From the IMG/VR virus record IMGVR_UViG_3300045988_129927: a stretch of 64,000 nucleotides of DNA. One strand, given 5' to 3'. This stretch comes from a virus. The notes beneath the pieces are model-generated. The model saw only the letters and a program-made list of their open reading frames with translations. It was not told the DNA's origin and did not search any database. The position numbers were made by a program, and so were the translations under genes. This document shows, piece by piece, positions 30,121 to 40,577 of this stretch. The number at the start of each line of letters is the position of its first letter. Position 1 is the stretch's first letter.

Positions 30121-30324
30121 TTATTCTTGGCGAACTTTTGCTGTCTTCTCAATACCAAATATTAATGCATTTACAAAATCTAAATGCATTTCGTATTCGG
30201 TATAGGTGTAACTATGCATATCTAGATATTGATATTCCTCTAGAAGATCCATTAAATTACAATTAGCGGTATTGACTATATCTCTCATTACCTCTATATG
30301 CAACAAATTTTCATTTATAACCAT
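30121..30324 (-). CDS. hypothetical small protein
   Basis: 67-aa ORF with AAAGGGAAGACGATA-ATG. Confidence 0.55.
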   Translation of the reverse strand: MVINENLLHIEVMRDIVNTANCNLMDLLEEYQYLDMHSYTYTEYEMHLDFVNALIFGIEKTAKVRQE

Positions 30325-30353
30325 TATCGTCTTCCCTTTCTTTGGTTAATTAA

Positions 30354-31997
30354 CTAACTGTTAGTAGGATTTTCACCTTTAATCCAATCATAGAGTTCCT
30401 TATCATTCAAAACAACGATAGCCGAATCTCGTACTAATCCTTTAATAAGTTTATTACGGGATTCTTTAAGGCTTGCTTTAACCTCATCTGCTACTCTATA
30501 ATAAGAATGTCTAAACAAGTATTGACTGGGAGTTTCGCGTAGATTGGGAGTTCCAAGTACTTGATTAACATCGATATCCTCTGGTGCAATAGAGTAACCA
30601 TATTTACTATTAACAGCATCGAGTATAACATAAGGGTTATCAAAATATTCATCGACATACTCTTCAACAGCATCTTCGTTTACTTTAATAGTAATTTTAG
30701 TTGAGGTAAACAGACCAAAGTTTTCACTAATCATTCGAATAGTGCCCAATGGTTTACTTCTATTCCATGGTTGTACAGAACTATCATTAATACGATACAG
30801 ACGATCACCATCCACACGAACAAATGAGAATAATCCTTTAAAGTCACTTGGATTTTTAAAGTTACCTGTATTTAAAGAATCTTTACACAAGTTTGTAGAC
30901 GGATAGATTTCTATACTGCGAGAAATCATCGCTTCTTCTTCTGTACGGTTACGTAATGCTGTATCGAATAAGTGTTGAGTAGAATGACGAATTGAATATT
31001 CGGATAACTTACCTACCTTTTCGTTAGCGATTTTATCGTAGCGTGATTTGAAATCAAATTGATTACCTAAGATTTCACGTTGGTGCTGACGTTGTTCCTC
31101 AGTAAACTTCACTGGTTCAAACGCAGCTGGTGACTCTTGAGCTTTTTGAACATTATCCCAATTAATATTAGGTTGTTCTTTAGGCTCTTGAGGTTCTTTA
31201 GGTTGTTCTTTCTCTTTAAATTGATCATAGCCTAATTTTGCAATAAGCCTATCACGAAATCCAATAAGGTTATCTATCACTTGGTTGATTTCATCAATCT
31301 CATTGACAATATGTTTAGATGAAAAAGGATTAAACCCAGGGGTAAAATCAGGACGCGTTTGTCGATTACCTTGTGAAAAAGGACGACTATAAAACTGGCG
31401 GTTGTAAACATTTTCATGTTTGCTAAAACGAGCACTTCCGTTGATTCTAGCCATTGTTTCTTCAAACATTTCTTTACGGCGTTCTTCATCGAGACGTTCT
31501 TTTTCAAGATTCTCTCGCTTCTGAAGTTCTTTCTCAACGCGCTCTTTAATAATCGCTTCCAAACGTTTTTCGCCGAACTTTTTAATCAGAGCTTCATCGG
31601 AAAGATATTCTTCTTCGTTAACTAATTTAGGTTTATCTTCAGGTTTCTTGATGAAGTTGCTGAATTTAAATGGTGAGTATTGGTATACAGACGCAGTTGG
31701 TTTTAAGTTAACTGATTCTGTCACAGTTGATTTATTTATAATCAACTCAATCACCATCTGGATTCGTTCAACCAGGTTAAATGGCTCAACCAAATCTTTT
31801 ACTTCACCTTTATGTTCTACACGCACAATCTTGTCAAGCGGTTCTGTCAAGATTTTGTGGAATTCATTAACTTCACCGTTTTGTTTCAACATACCTGCGG
31901 TGATGAATTTGATTTCTTCTTTAGAATAGCCCATAGAGGCTGCAATGTAAGATACAATTGCCAAAGAACGACGGGTACTTAATACAAATTTTTCCAT
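30354..31997 (-). CDS. hypothetical protein with central charged coiled-coil/low-complexity region
   Basis: 547 aa with the consensus TATATAAAGGAATCTTAAA-ATG. Contains the E/K/R-rich segment ERVEKELQKRENLEKERLDEERRKEMFEE. Confidence 0.8.
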   Translation of the reverse strand: MEKFVLSTRRSLAIVSYIAASMGYSKEEIKFITAGMLKQNGEVNEFHKILTEPLDKIVRVEHKGEVKDLVEPFNLVERIQMVIELIINKSTVTESVNLKPTASVYQYSPFKFSNFIKKPEDKPKLVNEEEYLSDEALIKKFGEKRLEAIIKERVEKELQKRENLEKERLDEERRKEMFEETMARINGSARFSKHENVYNRQFYSRPFSQGNRQTRPDFTPGFNPFSSKHIVNEIDEINQVIDNLIGFRDRLIAKLGYDQFKEKEQPKEPQEPKEQPNINWDNVQKAQESPAAFEPVKFTEEQRQHQREILGNQFDFKSRYDKIANEKVGKLSEYSIRHSTQHLFDTALRNRTEEEAMISRSIEIYPSTNLCKDSLNTGNFKNPSDFKGLFSFVRVDGDRLYRINDSSVQPWNRSKPLGTIRMISENFGLFTSTKITIKVNEDAVEEYVDEYFDNPYVILDAVNSKYGYSIAPEDIDVNQVLGTPNLRETPSQYLFRHSYYRVADEVKASLKESRNKLIKGLVRDSAIVVLNDKELYDWIKGENPTNS

Positions 31998-32036
31998 TTT
32001 AAGATTCCTTTATATAAAGTTAATAATAGATAAAAG

Positions 32037-32078
32037 AAAGATTGAGATTAATCTTTCACTATAATAGTATATTTTTAT
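32037..32078 (-). promoter_or_regulatory. promoter-like box plus 5' leader hairpin
   Basis: On the minus strand, AAAAATATACTATTATAGTG runs directly into the hairpin GAAAGATT-N6-AATCTTTC. No co-directional gene lies upstream, so the hairpin is a leader rather than a terminator. Confidence 0.45.
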
Positions 32079-32211
32079 ATAAAAATAAAATGTAACACCA
32101 CTATTGTAAATAGTTAAAATTTATATATTCAATAGACAAAAATATGAACTAATTTATTTCGAATGACTTTAAATTAGCACTGCTTTACTTAGTAATTAAC
32201 TGGAGTTTATC

Positions 32212-32685
32212 ATGGAAAAACAATTGACAGAAGATTGGAAAGAAGAGCTACAAAATGCTTCTAATGAAGAGCAATTAGAGATAATAAAAAAATGTCTTAT
32301 AACTGTAAGAGATAGTTTAAAAATCTCTACTGAAGATACTATTTCTTTACTACTTTATATCGATCCCTATAACATCAATGCACCTATGGGAATTGATAAA
32401 GAAGTCGTAAGTGAAGTATTTAGAAATACAATGAAGTTTAACTACTTTATTAAACATTATGTATTTAATAATGATAATTTTGGTTATCGTCTAGACGGTA
32501 AAAAAGTTTCATTTAGTTATTTACGTAATTATCTAAGTGAAGATGATTCATTTGGTTGGTTGAAATTCGTAACACGACGTAATTGGGGTGACAACCATTT
32601 ATATCTTCGTTGTGTGAAGAAAAATATCGCTAAAATAAGAGCTGCAATCACTGAAGCTTTTATTGATTTACTTAATTTAAATTAA
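32212..32685 (+). CDS. hypothetical protein
   Basis: 157-aa ORF with CTGGAG upstream. Confidence 0.7.
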   Translation: MEKQLTEDWKEELQNASNEEQLEIIKKCLITVRDSLKISTEDTISLLLYIDPYNINAPMGIDKEVVSEVFRNTMKFNYFIKHYVFNNDNFGYRLDGKKVSFSYLRNYLSEDDSFGWLKFVTRRNWGDNHLYLRCVKKNIAKIRAAITEAFIDLLNLN

Positions 32686-32700
32686 AAAGGAATTAGAAAA

Positions 32701-33585
32701 ATGACGTCAGAAATGATTAAAGTCACTAAACGAGACGGACGTCTAGAGAGTTTAGATATTGAGAAAATTCACCGAGTGGTGACGTGGGCTGCCGAAGGAT
32801 TGGATGTCTCTCCATCTGAAGTAGAATTAAAAGCCCAAATTCAGTTATACAATGGTATTCGTACTGAAGATATCCACGCTACTTTAATTAAGTCAGCTGC
32901 AGACTTAATTAGTTTAGAGAATCCTGATTATCAATACATGGCTGCTCGATTGGCTGTATTTAATATTCGTAAAATCGCCTATGGTGAATATACACCTCCT
33001 AGACTTTATACACATATTCATTCGATGATTGAAAAAGGCATTTACGATAAAGAGATTTTAGAGAAATATACTGAAGAAGAAATCGATTTAATTGAATCTT
33101 TTGTAGACCATAATCGCGATATGAATTTTGCTTATGCTGGTATTAAGCAAATGGAAAGTAAATACTTGGTACAAAACCGAGTAACTAAACGAGTATACGA
33201 ATCTCCACAAGTTGCTTTTATTCTAATTCCTACTTATTTATTTGCAGAATATCCTAAAGAAACTCGTTTAGATTATATTAAGAAATTCTATAATGCATTG
33301 TCATTGTTTAAGATTTCATTACCTACCCCTATCATGGCAGGCGTACGTACTCCTACCAAGCAATTCTCAAGCTGTACCGTCGTTCCATGTGGTGATAGCT
33401 TAGATAGCATTAATGCAGCTAATTCTGCTATTGTTAAATATATCTCTCAACGAGCAGGTATTGGTATCGAAGGTGGTCGTATTCGTGCATTGGGTAGTGA
33501 AATTCGTAAAGGTGAAGCTATCCATACTGGTGTTATTCCATTTTGGAAGATGTTCCAAGCAGCTGTAAAATCATGTTCTCAGGGT
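32701..33585 (+). CDS. nrdA: ribonucleotide reductase class Ia alpha subunit, exon 1
   Basis: ATP-cone VTKRDGRLESLDIEKI, FSSCTVVPCGDSLDSI, and the ending ...AVKSCSQG. The track's tail KLFCPAL* is read-through into the intron. Confidence 0.9.
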
Positions 33586-33943
33586 AAACTATTCTGCCCA
33601 GCTCTGTAGAAATATAGAGTTAAAAACATCACTCTTAATTGCTGGGAAATCTATACAAAGTATAGACAATCAGCAGCCAATACCTAATTGTATTTATATA
33701 CATTTAGGGAAGGTTCAACGACTAGTCGAAAGACGTACCACTCAAGTGAGGTCTCTGTAACGGAGTTTGGGGAAATAGAGTGACTACCGCAGTGGATTAA
33801 TGTAATCCTCTATGTGGTTTCCTTATATTAGGAATCTTACCAGGTAATGCTGGAGAAGAAGATATAGTCTCAACGTCTATGGTAACATAGAGCTGTCTAT
33901 AATAGACAGGATACGGATTAACGACCCGTATTGAAGATATTTG
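33586..33943 (+). ncRNA. group I intron (ORF-less, T4 td/IA2-like)
   Basis: Starts AAAC after the exon U. GCCC lies 10 nt inside and can pair with the exon GGGU (P1 with a U-G pair). Contains GATATAGTCT and GATTAACGACC, with the terminal G 17 nt after the latter. Removing it restores SCSQG-GIRGGAATL. Confidence 0.8.
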
Positions 33944-35335
33944 GGAATTCGTGGTGGAGCTGCTACTTTATCTTATCCTATTTGGCATTTGGAAGTTGAG
34001 TCGTTATTAGTATTAAAAAATAACCGTGGTGTAGAAGACAACCGTATTCGTCAGTTAGACTACAGTGTGCAGATTAATAAACTAATGTATCAGCGTTTGA
34101 TTGAGGATAAAGACATTACATTACTGTCTCCTCATTCTGTAGAAGGTCTATACGATGCTTACTTTAACGATCAAGAGCTATTTGAGAAATTGTATTTAGA
34201 AGCTGAAAATAATCCTCTGATTCCTAAGAAGACTATTAAAGCTACTGAATTGTTTACACTGTTGATGTCAGAACGTGCAAACACTGGTCGTATTTACATC
34301 ATGAACGTAGACCACTCAAACACACATTCTTCATTCATTGAAAAAGAAGCTACAGTCTATATTAGCAACTTATGTCAAGAAATTACGCTACCTACTAAAC
34401 CTTTAAATAATATCCTAGATGAAGAAGGTGAGATTGCTTTATGTACACTAGGTGCTTTAAACCTAGGTACTGTAGATAAAGATAAGTTAGAAGATATTGA
34501 AGAGTCTATGGACTTAATTGTACGTGCTCTTGATTCTGTATTAGATTATCAAAACTATCCTGTTAAAGCAGCTCGTAATTCTGTAGATAAATATCGTCCA
34601 TTAGGTATTGGTGTAATTAACTATGCTTATTACTTAGCTAAAAATGGTGCTCGTTATAGTAATGCTAGTGGGCATAAGCTAACTCACGAATTGTTTGAAG
34701 CTATTCAGTATTATGCTTTAAAATCATCAGTGCAATTAGCTAAAGAAAAAGGTAAGTGTGGTGCATTTAAAAACACTAAATACTCTAAAGGTATTTTACC
34801 AATCGATACTTATAAAAAGTCTATTGACGAATTTGCTTCATTTGACTATAAACTAGATTGGGAAAGCCTTCGTAAAGATATTGTAGAGTATGGTTTACGT
34901 AATGCTACACTGACTAGTTTAATGCCATCAGAGAGCAGTAGTCAAGTAAGTAATGCGACTAATGGTATTGATTTACCTCGTGGTCCTATTACTGTTAAGG
35001 CTTCTAAAGACGGTATTTTAAAACAAGTCGTTCCGGAATATGAAAAATTAGCTTATGATTACGAATACTTGTGGTACGATAGTAATAATATGGGTATGTT
35101 GAAACTTGTAGCCATTATGCAAAAGTTTGTAGACCAATCTATTTCTACTAATACTCGTTATAATCCAGCTAATTATCCTAATGGTAAAGTACCCATGAAA
35201 GAGATGTTAAAAGAGCTATTGCTTGCGTATAAGTATGGTGTTAAGACTTTGTACTATCACCACACTAACGATGGTTCTGATGACACTCAGGATAGCTTAG
35301 ATGACGGTTGTGCAGGTGGTGCTTGTAAAATCTAA
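33944..35335 (+). CDS. nrdA: ribonucleotide reductase class Ia alpha subunit, exon 2
   Basis: GIRGGAATLSYPIWHLEVESLLVLKNNRG, SNLCQEITLP, LMPSESSSQVSNATNG, and C-terminal DDGCAGGACKI. The spliced product is 758 aa. Confidence 0.9.
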   Translation, partial: GIRGGAATLSYPIWHLEVESLLVLKNNRGVEDNRIRQLDYSVQINKLMYQRLIEDKDITLLSPHSVEGLYDAYFNDQELFEKLYLEAENNPLIPKKTIKATELFTLLMSERANTGRIYIMNVDHSNTHSSFIEKEATVYISNLCQEITLPTKPLNNILDEEGEIALCTLGALNLGTVDKDKLEDIEESMDLIVRALDSVLDYQNYPVKAARNSVDKYRPLGIGVINYAYYLAKNGARYSNASGHKLTHELFEAIQYYALKSSVQLAKEKGKCGAFKNTKYSKGILPIDTYKKSIDEFASFDYKLDWESLRKDIVEYGLRNATLTSLMPSESSSQVSNATNGIDLPRGPITVKASKDGILKQVVPEYEKLAYDYEYLWYDSNNMGMLKLVAIMQKFVDQSISTNTRYNPANYPNGKVPMKEMLKELLLAYKYGVKTLYYHHTNDGSDDTQDSLDDGCAGGACKI

Positions 35336-35392
35336 CTAAAAAAGAATGGGCTAGGGATAATTCCTTAGTCCTTTCTTTATATGAAAGGAAAA

Positions 35393-35428
35393 AAGAAGAA
35401 CTAAGTTTCCTTAATTCTTCTTTATGTT
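35393..35428 (+). terminator. hairpin + TTATGTT after nrdA
   Basis: AAGAAGAA-N14-TTCTTCTT runs directly into TTATGTTTATT. Confidence 0.5.
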
Positions 35429-35443
35429 TATTAATGGTGGTTT

Positions 35444-35593
35444 TTAATAACCGTGGTGGTGGTTTTCTAACCAAGAATCTAATGTTTGGTTTTCAGCAGT
35501 TAACGCTGTTTCTAACCACTCATTTTCTTCTTTAGTTATTGTACCCATCATCTTCTTAATTTGAAGAGTTTGGATAAGATAACTTGAATCCAT
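35444..35593 (-). CDS. small helical protein, paralog A (49 aa, not in ORF track)
   Basis: Sequence MDSSYLIQTLQIKKMMGTITKEENEWLETALTAENQTLDSWLENHHHGY, preceded by CAGAAAGGAGGTAAAATA-ATG. Paralog of 40578..40718. Confidence 0.55.
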   Translation of the reverse strand: MDSSYLIQTLQIKKMMGTITKEENEWLETALTAENQTLDSWLENHHHGY

Positions 35594-35757
35594 TATTTTA
35601 CCTCCTTTCTGTTGTAGTTTGTTAAAAGATGGAAGGAAAAGAAAGACAATGCTGGTTACATTGCCTTTCTTCGATTTGTGTTAGTAATAATTGCTATTTA
35701 TCCATGAGTCTAGTGAATGATTTTCTGCACAAATAACCTACTTTCTGTAACGTGATT

Positions 35758-35807
35758 TACTCTATACTCCTGCGCTAACAGGAGTATAGAGTAGTCGCTT
35801 TTATGTT
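35758..35807. promoter_or_regulatory. hairpin + TTATGTT box module
   Basis: TACTCTATACTCCTG-N6-CAGGAGTATAGAGTA, then GTCGCTTTTATGTTTTATGCTTTT on the plus strand. Confidence 0.4.
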
Positions 35808-35830
35808 TTATGCTTTTATATTACTTTATA

Positions 35831-36052
35831 TTACACACGGTGTATATTTTTAGCCAACTCTTTATTATAGAGTTTACGTGCTCTTCTCTCAAGCTCTGGG
35901 AGCATTGCGTCACACAGGTCTTCAACATCTGACCTAGTAATTTTAGGCTGTGGAGCTTCTTTAAAATTACTTTTAAAGTTGCTCTTTAAACCATTATTTT
36001 TAAACCCTACCATAAAGGTTCCTGGCTTTTTACAGGTTTTCTTTCGTTTCAT
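35831..36052 (-). CDS. hypothetical basic small protein
   Basis: 73-aa ORF with GAAAGGACAGTAGA-ATG. Confidence 0.55.
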   Translation of the reverse strand: MKRKKTCKKPGTFMVGFKNNGLKSNFKSNFKEAPQPKITRSDVEDLCDAMLPELERRARKLYNKELAKNIHRV

Positions 36053-36073
36053 TCTACTGTCCTTTCTTTGATT

Positions 36074-36529
36074 TTAATCTACTTTAATAGGTGTAAGATA
36101 TTTAGGATCTACTTCTGTCCGATATTTAAATACCCTACGGTCATGGTGTTTATATGCTTCATTAATAAATTCACCATAATTGGTATCATCCAAATTATAA
36201 AAGAAACAAAGGAATTTCTTCAATTCTTTTTGTTCTTCTGTAACTGGAATATCTACTTCATCTAATACTTCCTTTAAATACGAAAGGGGTTTATTTTCTG
36301 TTAAATCACGAAGTATTTTTAAACTAAAGTGTTTATTAGACTTCATGGTTTTTAACCGAGTTAGCCACTGTTGCGAAATCTTTTCCGTAGAATAATATGG
36401 TTTCACCATTTTATCTGGTGAAACATATAATCTACTAAGAGAGCGATCTCGCATATCCACAATCGTCTCAATCAATGCCATGGCATCGCCTAGAACGTAT
36501 GCTTTATCCAATAAAATTGTCTTTAACAT
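36074..36529 (-). CDS. paralog-family protein (short member)
   Basis: 151 aa. KMVKPYYSTEKISQQWLTRLKTMKSNK and FLCFFYNLDDTNYGEF align with blocks in 36544..37464. Confidence 0.7.
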   Translation of the reverse strand: MLKTILLDKAYVLGDAMALIETIVDMRDRSLSRLYVSPDKMVKPYYSTEKISQQWLTRLKTMKSNKHFSLKILRDLTENKPLSYLKEVLDEVDIPVTEEQKELKKFLCFFYNLDDTNYGEFINEAYKHHDRRVFKYRTEVDPKYLTPIKVD

Positions 36530-36543
36530 TATCTTACTCTTTC

Positions 36544-37464
36544 TTAAACAATTTTCAGAATAAACACTACTTTAGTCTTAAGGTCTTTAAAGATACTTAA
36601 AGATACAAAAGGATGAGACAAAGTATCATCATCAATAAACACTGGATGAAGTACGTAGTCTTCCTTGTTTGCTCTGTAGATATAACTTTCTAGTTTACCC
36701 TTACCATACTCACCAGTTAATTCTATACCACGTGCTTTCAATGTAGGTTTACCTGCTACGATATCTTCTAAGAAATAATTTACATGACCAATAACCATAC
36801 TATCAATTTCACTTAATTTGATTTCGTTTCTATCAAATTTATCGAGATCAGGTTTAATGATTACAGGTATTTTTGCTTCCTTAGGTTTACGCATATTGCT
36901 ATCAGCAACATCAGTAATCAATGTATCAGTATCTGAATTAGTAATACAATGTTTATAGATATTATCTACAGCTTCTCTATTATATTTATCACTAAACATA
37001 ATTTCGATAACATCATGCTTACCCTTAGCAGTATCTCTCTGTTCAATTAAATTTGAAGAGGTATTAGAACGTGCGTAATAACGATAATAATAAGTCATGA
37101 ACCTATTGAATTTATCTTCTGTATCTAGGTTGTAGATAAACTTAATAAAGTCAGCAATCATGACAGTATCATCGTGTTCATTAAACATAATGTTCGAAAT
37201 AGTGGATGCAAGAGAATAAACAGATGTGCCGTAGAAGTATCGTTTCAATCTAGATACATCTAATTCTTTAGATTTCTTCATCTCACCTAATCGACTAAGC
37301 CATTCTTGAGAAATTCGCTCCAATCTAGTGTATGGTTTAATCATCTTCTCTACTGGTTTGTAAATTGAAACCATAGTGTCTTTGTAACTATGGTAAGAAT
37401 TTTTGTTCTTTAATTCGGCCATTGCCAAAGCCAATTTACATGCTCTATCTTCAATACGATCCAT
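36544..37464 (-). CDS. paralog-family protein
   Basis: 306 aa. Contains KMIKPYTRLERISQEWLSRLGEMKKSK and FIKFIYNLDTEDKFNRF, and ends in KTKVVFILKIV. Confidence 0.75.
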   Translation of the reverse strand: MDRIEDRACKLALAMAELKNKNSYHSYKDTMVSIYKPVEKMIKPYTRLERISQEWLSRLGEMKKSKELDVSRLKRYFYGTSVYSLASTISNIMFNEHDDTVMIADFIKFIYNLDTEDKFNRFMTYYYRYYARSNTSSNLIEQRDTAKGKHDVIEIMFSDKYNREAVDNIYKHCITNSDTDTLITDVADSNMRKPKEAKIPVIIKPDLDKFDRNEIKLSEIDSMVIGHVNYFLEDIVAGKPTLKARGIELTGEYGKGKLESYIYRANKEDYVLHPVFIDDDTLSHPFVSLSIFKDLKTKVVFILKIV

Positions 37465-37476
37465 TTTTAATTTCCT

Positions 37477-38355
37477 TTATAAAATATCTGATTTTTTAAC
37501 CATTTTAAAACAAATAATCTTAACCACATCTTCACCTTTAGGGTCTTTATCACCTGCTGAGTGAATATAAACTGGAGTTAAAATTACATCATCGAAATTA
37601 CCGTAATTACGGTGGTTAATAAGAGAGTTAATCACACCACGTTCAATATCGTTAAAGAAACCTAGTTGGGTTTGTTCGATAGTAGCACGTAGTTCACCAT
37701 AATCCATAAAGATGGTTTTAATTTGATAAGCTGTAGACTTAGCGATGTCTTCTTCTAATTGAGCCAATGGTTGATTAAGGTCTGGATTTACTACTACAGG
37801 AATACCATCTAGATTTCTTTTTAACTTCCATGAACTGCTTATCATGGGGTCGTTAAACAAAAGTGGTTCAACAATGTTAAAACCATCTGCAATTAAGAAA
37901 TCTTTTCTACGTTTATCGATAATAGCATTATTTAAAGTCTCACGTTTAAGTGTAGTACTTGTGTAGTTAAATACTACCGCACGTACAAAATCGTCCATTT
38001 CATTATCTTCTACACTATATAGAGATTTAATAAGGCGATACATATCGCACTTACCAATCAATGAATTGATGATAATGTATGGTAAATCTGTAATCTTATT
38101 TGAAAACAGATTTTGTTTATACACTTCGTTTTCTGAATAATGCCACATACAGTGTTCTACCAGTTTCTTACAAAATGGTGCTAGCTCATTATGGTAGATG
38201 TCATCTGAACCAAATGAAAGAGAATATACAGTATGTTTAACCAGTGTATCTTTACGTAATGTAATGGAACCTAAAAATATACTCAACTCACGAACACTTT
38301 CGTTGTGTTTATTATTTAGAGTTACATATGCTGCCAAACTGTTTACTTTGTTCAT
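37477..38355 (-). CDS. paralog-family protein
   Basis: Start reassigned to the ATG at 38355 (TATAAAGGAAATTAAA-ATG). C-terminus is VVKIICFKMVKK. Same length class and C-terminal strand as its neighbours. Confidence 0.7.
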   Translation of the reverse strand: MNKVNSLAAYVTLNNKHNESVRELSIFLGSITLRKDTLVKHTVYSLSFGSDDIYHNELAPFCKKLVEHCMWHYSENEVYKQNLFSNKITDLPYIIINSLIGKCDMYRLIKSLYSVEDNEMDDFVRAVVFNYTSTTLKRETLNNAIIDKRRKDFLIADGFNIVEPLLFNDPMISSSWKLKRNLDGIPVVVNPDLNQPLAQLEEDIAKSTAYQIKTIFMDYGELRATIEQTQLGFFNDIERGVINSLINHRNYGNFDDVILTPVYIHSAGDKDPKGEDVVKIICFKMVKKSDIL

Positions 38356-38425
38356 TTTAATTTCCTTTATAAAAAATAAGATTACACTACGGTTTCCCAT
38401 AGTGTAATCCTAGCTATTAAATAAA

Positions 38426-39022
38426 TTATTCTTTACGATACATGCCCACGCCTGTGGGTTCACTATTAAAGAATGGTATAATGTTTTCAGTAAGATAACG
38501 TAAGTTAATTCCACCTTGATTCTCACCATTTCTAATCCACAATAGATTCATTGCTTTCATGAAATCTCTATCGTCATCGATGATAAGATATTGTGTCTCA
38601 CTACCTTCTGGTTGATCCATTAACCATTTCCATACTTCATGACCACGACATAGTTTAGGAATTTCTTCCTTATCCACTCCTTCTACAATATCTAAATTAT
38701 ACTGAATATAATCACGATTAACCTTATATCGAGTATCTTCATCAATGTAGACAGGAGTGCGCCAGCGCTCATGGATAGGTAATTTAAAACCAGAATTCTC
38801 AAACACTTTTGATATATCTTCGACTTTATTACAACGTCGCCATGATGAAGAGATTACAAACTTGATATCTGGGTGTTGTCTGAGTAAGTCTTTAAGAATA
38901 ATCAGGTTAGATGGGTCTACTTTATCATGAAAATAAGTTCCTAACATATTACAAGCACCACGAAATGCTGTATGATTAAGAACACCATCAATATCTAGAA
39001 AGATTATTTTTTCTTTAAGCAT
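38426..39022 (-). CDS. HAD-superfamily phosphatase / nucleotidase-like
   Basis: HAD motif I IIFLDIDGVLNH, motif II FVISSSWR, and an acidic motif YLIIDDDRDF. Confidence 0.7.
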   Translation of the reverse strand: MLKEKIIFLDIDGVLNHTAFRGACNMLGTYFHDKVDPSNLIILKDLLRQHPDIKFVISSSWRRCNKVEDISKVFENSGFKLPIHERWRTPVYIDEDTRYKVNRDYIQYNLDIVEGVDKEEIPKLCRGHEVWKWLMDQPEGSETQYLIIDDDRDFMKAMNLLWIRNGENQGGINLRYLTENIIPFFNSEPTGVGMYRKE

Positions 39023-39411
39023 ATTACATTACCTCGTTTAACTGCGTACATAAATTTATTGTTTAAATCACGATTGTAGGTTGAAAAGAAATACACTTTC
39101 TTACCGTCTGAATAAATAGTAAAGTATTCAGCTTCTGCAATAATGATGTCTTTATTTGAGTATTTCTCAGTGAAATCCAAGTCGATGTGGTGTACATCAA
39201 CATTGGTTTTAATATAGAATGCAAAATCATCAGAATTACCGGCTCGGCGAACATTAACTTCTTTAATAAAGTCAATCTTAGCTAAATCTCTTTTGAGCTT
39301 TTCTATATGCTTACTATACTCACTAGAAGCATAATCGCCTATATCCAAGTGATTTTTATAATGTACTTCTTTAGGTTTTTTGAATAACAACAAATACGAT
39401 AAAATACTCAT
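39004..39411 (-). CDS. hypothetical protein
   Basis: 135-aa ORF with TTAAAGGAAATTAAAA-ATG and a 19-nt overlap with the HAD gene. Confidence 0.7.
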   Translation of the reverse strand: MSILSYLLLFKKPKEVHYKNHLDIGDYASSEYSKHIEKLKRDLAKIDFIKEVNVRRAGNSDDFAFYIKTNVDVHHIDLDFTEKYSNKDIIIAEAEYFTIYSDGKKVYFFSTYNRDLNNKFMYAVKRGNVICLKKK

Positions 39412-39454
39412 TTTTAATTTCCTTTAATAAACATACCCATGATAATATTCCTTC

Positions 39455-40486
39455 CTATCGATTAACGATGTACACTGTGCGATCATTGGAGATAATGTGG
39501 GTAAATATTGTATTATACTTACCATTCGGCATGTATACTTTACCAATATCACTTTCGATCACTTTCCATGCTTTACGGATATTATCCTTAGTGGATTTAG
39601 CAGTAACCTCATCCACTATGGTAATGTTACTGAAAAGATAGTCCAGACCCATCCTAACCAATACTGTTTTGATGAGTTTCTTGGTGAGTTTCTTATTCAA
39701 ACCATGTTCTTCGACAAACTTTTCAGTGTGATTTTGCAACTTAGCCCACATTTGTAAAGGCAAGGTATACTTGAATTTGTATTTAGCATAACCAAACTTT
39801 ACAGTAAACCACAAACAAGGTACAGTGTCTTCTTGATAAGGACCGTCACCATAACGCCACTTATACGTAATGCCACTGTACTTCCAAGCGACATCATCCA
39901 AAGCTTTCATTACCTTCTCACAGTACTTACCGACAGTAGCGTCAGTGACTTCTACTTCTTTAGACTTTTCAGGCTCGTCCTCTTTATTCACTTTAGGTGT
40001 GTGAATATCTGGGTAAGGATTGCTGAGGCCAGGAATAATATCCATAAAACGCTTAGGGTGAGTGATCTCAGTTTCAGTCTCATTCAAGAACTTCTCGCCT
40101 TCTTCAATGAGTTCCTCGTCTGAGTACACAGGTATATTACGAGAAGTAGGATGCTTACGCAGATAATCGACCATCTTCACGTACAGACCAAATCCACGAT
40201 GTGCCTTATCCTTAACCGCATTAGTAATATCGTCTTTTAGATAGATAACAGCGTTCATGGAAGTCATCATCATGGCGATATTTTGGCGATAATACAGGCT
40301 ATCAGTAGCTGCATCCACCAACTCTTTCGGTGCTGTACTCTTCGTATTGACTTCTACTACTTTCTCATTACCACGGTTGATAGTGAGTTTGCTGGGCATC
40401 AGCATCACTTCGAAACCGGAGTCTTTTAATACAGACACCATATCCTGACGGATACTCTCTACTTGTTTCCAAACATAATTACTCAT
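39455..40486 (-). CDS. hypothetical protein
   Basis: 343-aa ORF with TATATAAAGGAAATCGAA-ATG. Confidence 0.8.
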   Translation of the reverse strand: MSNYVWKQVESIRQDMVSVLKDSGFEVMLMPSKLTINRGNEKVVEVNTKSTAPKELVDAATDSLYYRQNIAMMMTSMNAVIYLKDDITNAVKDKAHRGFGLYVKMVDYLRKHPTSRNIPVYSDEELIEEGEKFLNETETEITHPKRFMDIIPGLSNPYPDIHTPKVNKEDEPEKSKEVEVTDATVGKYCEKVMKALDDVAWKYSGITYKWRYGDGPYQEDTVPCLWFTVKFGYAKYKFKYTLPLQMWAKLQNHTEKFVEEHGLNKKLTKKLIKTVLVRMGLDYLFSNITIVDEVTAKSTKDNIRKAWKVIESDIGKVYMPNGKYNTIFTHIISNDRTVYIVNR

Positions 40487-40577
40487 TTCGATTTCCTTTA
40501 TATAAAATATTTTCTATCCCTTATATGAAGGGAAAAAGAAAGACAGTGTTACTAGCATTGTCTTTCTTTTGGTGAGG

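Noticed and set aside
33586-33943. nrdA appears as two ORFs (32701..33609 ending KLFCPAL*, and 33941..35335 starting at TTG). This could be read as a frameshifted pseudogene or as split alpha-subunit genes.
   Set aside because: Removing exactly 33586-33943 restores the continuous conserved sequence SCSQG-GIRGGAATL. The insert also has group I intron hallmarks: an exon U before the 5' splice site, a P1 complement, the GATATAGTCT and TAACGACC blocks, and a terminal G.
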